From NCBI GenBank assembly GCA_044221725.1, contig JBGAON010000004.1:221019-285018 (forward strand): 64,000 nucleotides of DNA, given 5' to 3'. This DNA comes from Elusimicrobiota bacterium (lineage in GTDB: Bacteria; Elusimicrobiota; Elusimicrobia; F11). Both the position numbers and the translations under genes were made by a program. The notes beneath the pieces were generated by a model. It did no database searches. It had not been told where the DNA came from and saw only the letters and a list, made by a program, of their open reading frames with translations. Of this stretch, positions 16,876 through 24,496 are shown piece by piece (the stretch's first letter is position 1; every line of letters begins with the position of its first letter).

Positions 16876-18936
16876 TCAGGCAACTTTTTCCTTGTATTCG
16901 GAATCGTCCCACACAATCCGAATATCCAATGGTTCTTTGTGCGAGACGCGCAGCGCTCCCCACGCGAGCGCCAGGTGCTCCATTTGGATGTCGGGGGAAA
17001 ACTTGCCCGATTTTCCCACGATAATTTCTTTGGCCCCGATGCTGTGCGCCACTTGCGCCATCGCGTAATAAGGATCGTTTGAAGGAACCATGAGCGGAAT
17101 CACCGGATGCCCCGCTTTTTCGGCCAGCGCGATGATCTGCGTGAAAAGGACTTCTTCTTCGCTGTTGGGTTTCGATACGTCGCCATCCAACTGCGCGTTC
17201 TGAAGAATTTTCGTCGTCATAACAACGACGTCGGTTTCATGATGATTGACCTGTTTGAGCGCCGCTCGCAAATGCGCAAGATTGCGCGGATCGCGCACGG
17301 CCACGACAATGCGATTTGGTTTTGAAACTCCGCACACGTGTGGCGTCAGCGTGTCCACCTGCGTCAAATTCACCGGATCAATGTGCCCGTGTTCGGTCAA
17401 GCCGTCAGCGTGTGCCGGCGCCGCGTGTTTCATTTTGTGTTTGTTGATTTTTTCGGAGATCGTAAACACAATGAAAAATGCGAGCGTGAAAATGGCGCCG
17501 GCGATGGTGGCCACACGTTTTGTGAACAAGTTAACGATCGCCGTCGAAAAAAGGACACCGAAGATGAGAAACAGCCCCACCGGAATTTCGTGTTTGCCGA
17601 TGCGAATGTTGAACGGAACTTTGTATTCGCGCGGCGAACGGTCGTAATAGCGCAGCACGATGATCGCCATCGATTTGAACACAAAACTCCAAATGACGCC
17701 GAACGCGTAGGCTTCGCCGAGCATGTACACATCGCCACGGCACAACAGAAGCGTAACGATCTGCAAGAACACCGTGAGATTGATCAGCCGATACGATGTG
17801 CCATATTTTGGATGCGGCGCTCGGAGAAAATCGGGCAGCACCCCGTCTTCCCCAACACGCGCAAGAACACCGTTCGAACCCACAATCGCCGTGTTAACGG
17901 CGCCCGCCAAAATGAGAAACCCGACGAGCACCACGAACGCTTGAAACAACAACCGAAGGCTCAGTGGGCCCACCATATACATCGTGAGTCCACTGATGAG
18001 ATTGTCCGAGTAATGCGCGAGCCGAACGTTGTCCGGAATAATCATGATCGCGAAGAAACTCACGATGGAAGTCAATAACATGCTGTACAAGAAAATAATG
18101 AAGCCCGTGCGCTTCAAGTTTTTGAGTTTCGGCGCTTCCAGCTCCCGGTAGACCTGCGCCAACGATTCTTCGCCGCTCATGGCGAGCAGCGTGTGGCCGA
18201 ACGCCATGAGAATCCCAGTCATGCCGAGCGGCTTGATGCTCGCGTTGTATTTCCAAAGCCATCCCCACGCCTCGGTCGAGAACACCGGCGTGATGGGCGG
18301 TAGGTGAAAACCGCGAACAGCGAGCGTAAGGGCGCCCCATGCAATCATGATCACGGCCATGATCGTTGTGGCGATCATTATTTTTAATGCTTTGCTGCTC
18401 GACTCCGGAACGCCCTTGATATTTTCCCACCAGAAATAAATCGTCACGCCGAGCGCGAACAACATCGCAAAAATATTTTGATTCAAATGCCACGGCACGT
18501 GCGCTATGGGAAGCAGTGTGTTGATGAGGCCAACCATATATTGTCCGGCCGAAACCGCGCTGATCGGACCCGTCAAAACATAATCAAACATGAGCGCCGA
18601 CACCGAAAGTTTCGCCGTCACGCCACCCAGGCGGTTTCCAAAAATCGCCATTTCCGCTTGTTTGACGACGCGGTAAACACCGCCGCGCACGAAAAGCCCG
18701 CACGACTCCATGTAAAGCGAGCGAACCGCGTACGAGAAAAGCATGACACCCAGAATAAACCACGGCGCCGCTTTTCCGATCGCTTGTTCGGCAATGCCAC
18801 CGATATAGTAAGCGGTCGACGCGAGATCGCACAACACGATCGCCGATGCGCGCCAAAAACTAATAAAGCTCAGCATCGCGGTCGTGACCACAATGACGTT
18901 TTGTGCGGATCGTTTGGTGGGGGCGGTTGCGGTCAT
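16876..18936 (-). CDS. APC-family permease fused to a C-terminal universal stress protein (Usp) domain
   Basis: 686 aa with about 12 TM helices. The C-terminal roughly 150 aa are Usp-like (RIVVAVRDPRNLAHL..IIVGKSGK). The start overlaps the EIIA stop (ATGA). Confidence 0.9.
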   Translation of the reverse strand: MTATAPTKRSAQNVIVVTTAMLSFISFWRASAIVLCDLASTAYYIGGIAEQAIGKAAPWFILGVMLFSYAVRSLYMESCGLFVRGGVYRVVKQAEMAIFGNRLGGVTAKLSVSALMFDYVLTGPISAVSAGQYMVGLINTLLPIAHVPWHLNQNIFAMLFALGVTIYFWWENIKGVPESSSKALKIMIATTIMAVIMIAWGALTLAVRGFHLPPITPVFSTEAWGWLWKYNASIKPLGMTGILMAFGHTLLAMSGEESLAQVYRELEAPKLKNLKRTGFIIFLYSMLLTSIVSFFAIMIIPDNVRLAHYSDNLISGLTMYMVGPLSLRLLFQAFVVLVGFLILAGAVNTAIVGSNGVLARVGEDGVLPDFLRAPHPKYGTSYRLINLTVFLQIVTLLLCRGDVYMLGEAYAFGVIWSFVFKSMAIIVLRYYDRSPREYKVPFNIRIGKHEIPVGLFLIFGVLFSTAIVNLFTKRVATIAGAIFTLAFFIVFTISEKINKHKMKHAAPAHADGLTEHGHIDPVNLTQVDTLTPHVCGVSKPNRIVVAVRDPRNLAHLRAALKQVNHHETDVVVMTTKILQNAQLDGDVSKPNSEEEVLFTQIIALAEKAGHPVIPLMVPSNDPYYAMAQVAHSIGAKEIIVGKSGKFSPDIQMEHLALAWGALRVSHKEPLDIRIVWDDSEYKEKVA

Positions 18937-19463
18937 AGCGCCCTCGCATTCGTCAGCGCGCGTTCGTGGGAGCGAATGGTTTCAAGCACCCAGTTCGAAT
19001 TGTTCGCGTGCAAAAGCGATTGCCGAAATTCTCGGTCTTGAAAAAGCGTGGCCGCGCCCGCGAGAAATGCGAGATGCATCTTCATGTCGTTTGCGGGTCC
19101 AACAAACAGCAAACAGAGCCGAGCCTCTTCGCTTTCGCTATTGGTTCCGTTCGACGGGGCAACGACACCGAACGCGCAGTGGATTCCGGTCAATCCCGGC
19201 ACGCGTGCGTGGGGGATCGCGATATCCTTATCCAGAATCGTTGAGCCGATTTGTTCGCGCGCAAGAACCGAACGAAGCGCAATGTCCGGTTCGGGCAAAT
19301 GAAGAACATCGATGAGTCGCGCAAAAATATCTTTCTTTGGAAGCCCGGCTGGCAAAAACAATATTTTCTCTAACGATAAAAAAGAACCAATGAGCGTCGT
19401 TTGTTCGTTCATCATCGGTACCGTGTGTGGTTCCTCTTTTTTCTGCTTAATAAACCAATTCAT
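18933..19463 (-). CDS. PTS EIIA type-2 (PtsN/EIIA-Ntr-like) domain protein
   Basis: Has the phospho-His signature DIAIPHARV. 176 aa. Confidence 0.8.
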   Translation of the reverse strand: MNWFIKQKKEEPHTVPMMNEQTTLIGSFLSLEKILFLPAGLPKKDIFARLIDVLHLPEPDIALRSVLAREQIGSTILDKDIAIPHARVPGLTGIHCAFGVVAPSNGTNSESEEARLCLLFVGPANDMKMHLAFLAGAATLFQDREFRQSLLHANNSNWVLETIRSHERALTNARAL

Positions 19464-19469
19464 AAAGGA

Positions 19470-19778
19470 CTACTTCCTGGAGGCCGCAGGAGTTTTTTCT
19501 GTCGGTGCGGCGGAACAGCTTTTGTCGGCCACGTTTTTTATTCGCCGTTGATCTTGCTCGAGACTTTTCACGACGCTGCTCAACAAGCGTTCTTGTTGTT
19601 CGAGTTGTTCGGTGACGCTATTAAAGCGCTGCACCGCCAGCGTGTCCGTGCGGGACGTATCGAACGCGGCTTTGGATTCGGGCGCGACGCTTGTCGATGG
19701 CGGGTACACCGCGGCCGCTGGGCGTGCAAAACCCATGGCCAATGCGCCTGCCGCGCAGATCAGAGATATTTTCTTCAT
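19470..19778 (-). CDS. secreted hypothetical protein (signal peptide plus coiled-coil)
   Basis: Starts MKKISLICAAGALAMGFARPAAA, followed by a helical Q/E-rich segment. Confidence 0.55.
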   Translation of the reverse strand: MKKISLICAAGALAMGFARPAAAVYPPSTSVAPESKAAFDTSRTDTLAVQRFNSVTEQLEQQERLLSSVVKSLEQDQRRIKNVADKSCSAAPTEKTPAASRK

Positions 19779-19882
19779 GGCTCCTCCTTAAATATGTGGG
19801 AACGCCTATGAAGTTAGCGCACGTCGCCGTAAGAACTCCATTACGAGGGTGTTACGAAACCGTTAATGCGGAGAACGGAAAT

Positions 19883-20578
19883 TTAGTCTTCGGATTCGAG
19901 ACGGTAACCGACGCCGGGCTCGGTTTTGAGGATTTGCGGCCGCACCGGATCGGCTTCGATGCGCTGACGGAGTTGATGAACAATGATGCGCACCGATTCC
20001 GGAGAGACATCGCGGCTTTCGCCCCACACGGTTTTGATCAGTTGCTGTTGGCTGACCACTTGCCCGGCGTGGCGCACGAGCGCCGCCAACAAATCAAACT
20101 GAAGCGGAGAAAGATGAATTTCCTTTTTCTTTAGAAACACGCGGTGGTTAACAAGGTCCACGCGTAGGCCCAAGTGTTCGTAAACGGGCGGAACGTCCTC
20201 CGGTTTTCGTTGCGAATGCCGCAGCGCAACGCGCAACCGCGCCATGAGTTCAGCAACACCAAACGGCTTCGTGAGATAATCATCGGCGCCCGCGTCGAGC
20301 CCGGCAATCTTGTCGGACTCTTGTCCACGCGCCGAAACAATAATGACTGGCGCGGACGTCCATTGCCGAAGTGTTTTCAATGTTTGAAGCCCATCTTGAT
20401 CCGGAAGTCCCAGATCCAAAAGAATCGCTTCCGGGCGGCAAGTGGCCGCGAGTTCGAGACCGCGTTTGGCGGTTTGCGCATCAATCATGTCCCATCCCGC
20501 TTGTTCCAACGACGACTTTAAGAATCGCAGGATCGCCGGTTCGTCTTCAATAACCAAAACGGTTTTGTCGTGTTTCAC
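19883..20578 (-). CDS. kdpE: OmpR-family response regulator, KdpE-like
   Basis: LLDLGLPDQDG, LRQWTSAPVIIVSARGQESDKIAGLDAGADDYLTKPFGVAELMARLRVALR tracks E. coli KdpE closely. Confidence 0.85.
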   Translation of the reverse strand: MKHDKTVLVIEDEPAILRFLKSSLEQAGWDMIDAQTAKRGLELAATCRPEAILLDLGLPDQDGLQTLKTLRQWTSAPVIIVSARGQESDKIAGLDAGADDYLTKPFGVAELMARLRVALRHSQRKPEDVPPVYEHLGLRVDLVNHRVFLKKKEIHLSPLQFDLLAALVRHAGQVVSQQQLIKTVWGESRDVSPESVRIIVHQLRQRIEADPVRPQILKTEPGVGYRLESED

Positions 20579-20582
20579 ACAT

Positions 20583-21686
20583 TTATTCCAACGGCAGCGT
20601 TATACGAAACATCGCTCCTCCGTTCGGATGGTTCTCTGCCCAGATACGCCCGCCGTGCGCGTTCACAATGGCGCGACAGATCGAAAGTCCAAGTCCCACG
20701 CCGGCGGAGGCCGGGTGCCGATAAAATTTGTCGAACACGCGCTCGAGATCGGTGATCGCGAGACCGTTGCCTTTGTCCATCACCATGATGGAGGCGGATC
20801 CGTTTTCGACTTTTGCGTCGATGGAGATTGGGACGCCGGCGGCTGTGTGCCGCGCCGCGTTCTCGAGCAAGTTCACGAACACTTGCTCCATGAGCAGGCC
20901 GTCCATTGGTACGGGCGGCAACGATTCATCGATTTGAACAGCGACCGTTCGATGGCTGAGCGTTTTTTTCAAACGTTCGAGTGCGGTGCCGATCACTTCG
21001 TCCAGCGGATAACGTTCTTTGCGTACGCGCAGCGCGCCCGATTCAAGCCGTGTTGTTTCGAGCAAGTTCTGCACTTGGCGCGAAAGATGTTCGGCTTCGT
21101 CTTCGATGGTTTCAAGAAGTTCGACCGCGGTGGTGTTTGAACGAACATCCGCGCGATCAAGCAGCGTGCTGGCCGACCCGACAATCGCTGTGAGCGGGGT
21201 GCGGAAATCATGCGAGATGGAACTTAACAGCGAATTCCGCAGCCGTTCCGTTTCAACTTCGATTTGGGCTTTCTTCGCTTTGGCTTCTTCTTGGCGCGCG
21301 AGTTCGGTTTGCGAACGCGAATGAATCGTGAGATGGCTGATGATCATGGCCACGATCAACATTGCAACAAACGTGAACACGTATTCGGCGTCGGCCACCG
21401 TAAGCGAGAACCGCGGCGGAACAAAAAAGAAATCGAAACACAAAACGCTGAGCACCGATGAAAAAATTGCCGGTCCGCGGTGCCCGCGCGCGGCGACGAA
21501 CACCGTGCCCAACAGATACAGCATGACGAGGTTAATGATATGGAAGTGCGCAAAGATACCGAACGAAACGGCGGTCGACGCGGCCGCAACGAGCGTAGCG
21601 AATCCGTATTCGCGAAGCCGGTTTTTCAAACGGGCTTCCGCTTTACATGGATCCTTTCGCTGAATTTCCAGCGACCAACAATTCAA
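20583..21686 (-). CDS. kdpD: sensor histidine kinase equivalent to the C-terminal half of KdpD (DUF4118 TM + HisKA + HATPase)
   Basis: TM bundle, then RNSLLSSISHDFRTPLTAIVGSAS. No KdpD N-terminal or Usp domain. The start is uncertain because the track ATG overlaps the upstream ABM gene by 44 nt. An in-frame TTG at 21629 is an alternative. Confidence 0.8.
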   Translation of the reverse strand: MNCWSLEIQRKDPCKAEARLKNRLREYGFATLVAAASTAVSFGIFAHFHIINLVMLYLLGTVFVAARGHRGPAIFSSVLSVLCFDFFFVPPRFSLTVADAEYVFTFVAMLIVAMIISHLTIHSRSQTELARQEEAKAKKAQIEVETERLRNSLLSSISHDFRTPLTAIVGSASTLLDRADVRSNTTAVELLETIEDEAEHLSRQVQNLLETTRLESGALRVRKERYPLDEVIGTALERLKKTLSHRTVAVQIDESLPPVPMDGLLMEQVFVNLLENAARHTAAGVPISIDAKVENGSASIMVMDKGNGLAITDLERVFDKFYRHPASAGVGLGLSICRAIVNAHGGRIWAENHPNGGAMFRITLPLE

Positions 21687-21960
21687 ACGTCACGATCTCC
21701 GGTGGCGCCGCAACCAGCGCGGGCACTTTCTTGAACAAGTCTTGAATGTGCGGCGTTTTGAGATGCGCGTCGAGCGCTTCTTTTGAAACCCAGCGTTCCA
21801 CCACAAGAAACGAAGCAGGATCCTCAATACCGCGGTGCACCGCGTAACGCAAACAACCGTGTTCGTCGTGCGTGGGCGGAACAACCGCGCGCAGCGCGGC
21901 CTCTAACTCTTTTTCCTTGCCGGGTTTTGCTTTTGCGCGTGCGGTGACAGTAACGTTCAT
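21643..21960 (-). CDS. antibiotic-biosynthesis-monooxygenase (ABM) domain protein
   Basis: ATG 21960 with GGAGG SD. Contains MNVTVTARAKAKPGKEKELEAALRAVVPPTHDEHGCLRYAVH..FLVVERWVSKEALDAH. Confidence 0.8.
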   Translation of the reverse strand: MNVTVTARAKAKPGKEKELEAALRAVVPPTHDEHGCLRYAVHRGIEDPASFLVVERWVSKEALDAHLKTPHIQDLFKKVPALVAAPPEIVTFELLVAGNSAKGSM

Positions 21961-22087
21961 GAAGGACCTCCGAAAGGTTTTGCTCGCGAACAACCAAAAA
22001 CGATTCGGCTTTATAGAAATTATTGATCGCTGTTGGATATTTCAAAATCGTGCTTGTTTTGCGAAGGTTCGCCGTTCATAATCTCCT

Positions 22088-23368
22088 ATGTCTTTTTCCG
22101 CACGTCCCGCGCCGCACAAATACGAGACTGTTTTCTGTATTTTCCTGGTGATGTTGGCGTTTCTGTATCGGGACAATCCGCATCTCGTTTATCCCCAAAT
22201 TCTGTACTTGTTTGTGACGCTGCTCGCACTGAACCTGTTCGCAAATTTTTGTTTGAAAAAATGGGGAAGTCGCGCCAGCGTGGCCGCGCTGTTTATTCTC
22301 GGAAATTGCGCAACGATCACGGCGATTCTTAATTTCTCCGGCAAAGACGAGTCCAACTTGTGGGTGCTTTTTCTGCTGCCCATTTACACGGTGTGCATGT
22401 TGCTGAACGGTCGTGAAGTGGTGTGGATTACGTTTGGTGTGATCAGTTTCAATTGGGCGTATCATCAATTTTCGATTGCGAATTGGGACGCCGAAACGAT
22501 GTTCTTTGTGTCGCTCAAAAGCGGCATTTTTATTTTTGCGGCCGTTGCCACGTGGTCCATCGCGAGCCGAGACCGCCGTGCGCGTGAGCGTGTGGCGCAT
22601 CAGAAAGTGGAACTCATCGAACTTGAGCAGCGGCTGAAAGAACAAGGGGACCAGGTGAGCCAGATGGAAAAAATGGCCGACATTGGGCAGCTCACGTCCG
22701 GCGTTGCGCACGATTTGAACAATCCAATCGCCGTGATTATCGGTACCGCCAAAATGTTGCTGGAAGAGGACGCGCTGGACCACTGGTTGCGCCCGGAGCT
22801 TGAACGAATTTTGCGCTCGGCCGATTTGTGTCGCGTGATCACGCTGAACCTGCTCGGTCTTGTGAAGCAAAACGAACTGTATTTTCAAATGCGCGACATC
22901 AACGAATTGATTGATTCCGTTCTGACATTGTACGGAAATACATTGGAACAATCGTCCATTAAAGTCGAAAAAAAATACGCGCCGGATTTGCCCGCTTTGG
23001 CCCTCAGTGAATCGCAATTGCAGCGCGTGTTCCTAAATCTTTTTGCAAACGCGCGCGCCGCCATGAAAGAGGGTGGAACGCTCACGCTCACCACGCGTTT
23101 TTTCGCGGGTCGTCGCCTGAACGAGGGGTCGATGGTGGAAATCACCGTCGAAGACACGGGGCCCGGAATTTCGGCCGATGCCATGCCGAAACTCTTCAAG
23201 CCTTTTAATACCACGAAAGGTCCCGATGGGAATGGTTTGGGCCTCTATATCAGTCGCGAGATCGTAAACAAACACAACGGCGTGTTGCAGGCCACCAATC
23301 GGTCGCAAGGTGGTGCGCGGTTTTCTATCTTGCTGCCCGCCGAACAACTGCAAGCGCTCGCCGCTTAA
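22088..23368 (+). CDS. membrane sensor histidine kinase
   Basis: About 5 N-terminal TM helices. HisKA motif SGVAHDLNNPIAVI, followed by an HATPase_c G-box region. Confidence 0.9.
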   Translation: MSFSARPAPHKYETVFCIFLVMLAFLYRDNPHLVYPQILYLFVTLLALNLFANFCLKKWGSRASVAALFILGNCATITAILNFSGKDESNLWVLFLLPIYTVCMLLNGREVVWITFGVISFNWAYHQFSIANWDAETMFFVSLKSGIFIFAAVATWSIASRDRRARERVAHQKVELIELEQRLKEQGDQVSQMEKMADIGQLTSGVAHDLNNPIAVIIGTAKMLLEEDALDHWLRPELERILRSADLCRVITLNLLGLVKQNELYFQMRDINELIDSVLTLYGNTLEQSSIKVEKKYAPDLPALALSESQLQRVFLNLFANARAAMKEGGTLTLTTRFFAGRRLNEGSMVEITVEDTGPGISADAMPKLFKPFNTTKGPDGNGLGLYISREIVNKHNGVLQATNRSQGGARFSILLPAEQLQALAA

Positions 23369-23392
23369 AACCTTCGATAGAAGTTCGCATAG

Positions 23393-24413
23393 TAAGTGCA
23401 ACAGTAAGTAGTTGAGGAGTTGGTTATCCCTTTAAACTGAGGGATACCATGAAATACAAGCACTTAACCGACGGCGAACGAGAAACGTTGTCGTATATGA
23501 GAGCTTGTGGCAAATCGATACGAGAGGCAGCGTTCTATTTGAATCGAGCGCCCAGTACGATTGCCAGAGAAATACGGCGCAATAAGAGTCGAGCACGTTA
23601 TCGGTCCCATCTGGCCCATCGGGCTGCTATAGATCGACGCCATCAGACGCTCCGACGTCAACATCGGTTTAAAGCTGATCCTCAGCTGAGAGATCGTGTT
23701 ATCGAATGGCTTAAGGCAGGATGGTCCCCTGAGATTATCGCAGGCCGACTGAAGCGTGAAGCCCATGGCAAGTCCGTAATACATCATGAGACCATCTATC
23801 GTTGGATTTATCGATACGATCGATCTCTCATCAAGTGTCTCGTCCGATCACATCCTCGTCGGTATCGTCGTCATCAACGGCGCTGGCCGAATCGAATTAT
23901 CCCTCGACGGATTTCAATTCTCCAGCGCCCCGATTTCATTAACCAGCGCAAACAACCAGGGCATTGGGAATCTGACTTGGTGTGGGGATCTGGACGCGCT
24001 GCTCTGCAAGTGCTTGTCGAACGAAAAACCCGTTTCGTCTTTATTCGCAGAACCCGCAATAAATCCGCTCAAGCCAATTACGATGCGCTCTCTGAAGCAT
24101 TGGAACAAATCCCAACTTCTTTACGGCGCACCATCACGTATGATAATGGAAGCGAGAACACACTGCATTGTGAACTCAATGACCGTTTCCAACTGCAATC
24201 GTTCTTCTGTCAGCCGTATCACGCCTGGGAAAAGGGAACCGTAGAAAACACCAACGGTCTGATCCGTCGATACTTCCCCAAACGCACCAACTTCGATACC
24301 ATCTCAGTTCACCAAATCGAAGACGTTCAACGTCGCCTTAACAACAGACCTAGAAAATGTCTTCGCTTTCAAACAGCCGGGGAAGCCTATTCTTCCACCT
24401 TCCGTTGCACTTA
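23393..24413 (+). mobile_element. IS30-family insertion sequence, about 1.0 kb
   Basis: Terminal inverted repeats TAAGTGCAAC (23393-23402) and GTTGCACTTA (24404-24413). They match 10/10, or about 17/23 when extended by hand. They enclose a single DDE transposase. No target-site duplication was recognised. Confidence 0.8.
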
Positions 24414-24414
24414 A
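23449..24414 (+). CDS. IS30-family transposase
   Basis: 321 aa. N-terminal HTH (LTDGERETLSYM..GKSIREAA..STIAREIRRN). DDE region HWESDLV, YDNGSEN, WEKGTVENTNGLIRRYFPK. Confidence 0.95.
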   Translation: MKYKHLTDGERETLSYMRACGKSIREAAFYLNRAPSTIAREIRRNKSRARYRSHLAHRAAIDRRHQTLRRQHRFKADPQLRDRVIEWLKAGWSPEIIAGRLKREAHGKSVIHHETIYRWIYRYDRSLIKCLVRSHPRRYRRHQRRWPNRIIPRRISILQRPDFINQRKQPGHWESDLVWGSGRAALQVLVERKTRFVFIRRTRNKSAQANYDALSEALEQIPTSLRRTITYDNGSENTLHCELNDRFQLQSFFCQPYHAWEKGTVENTNGLIRRYFPKRTNFDTISVHQIEDVQRRLNNRPRKCLRFQTAGEAYSSTFRCT

Positions 24415-24496
24415 AACGCGAATTCAGCCGAAAACCGTTACAAGTCGTTCACGACTCCTTAAAAGATCCTTAATATATTTTAGTTGTAATGAGCGC

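Noticed and set aside
22076-23017. 313-aa minus-strand ORF
   Set aside because: It is antisense to the well-supported histidine kinase (HisKA/HATPase motifs are on the plus strand). No recognisable motifs.
23385-24420. Target-site duplication flanking the IS30 element
   Set aside because: The bases flanking the inferred ends (..CATAG | and | AAACG..) do not repeat. The ends may be off by a few nucleotides, or the TSD may have been lost.
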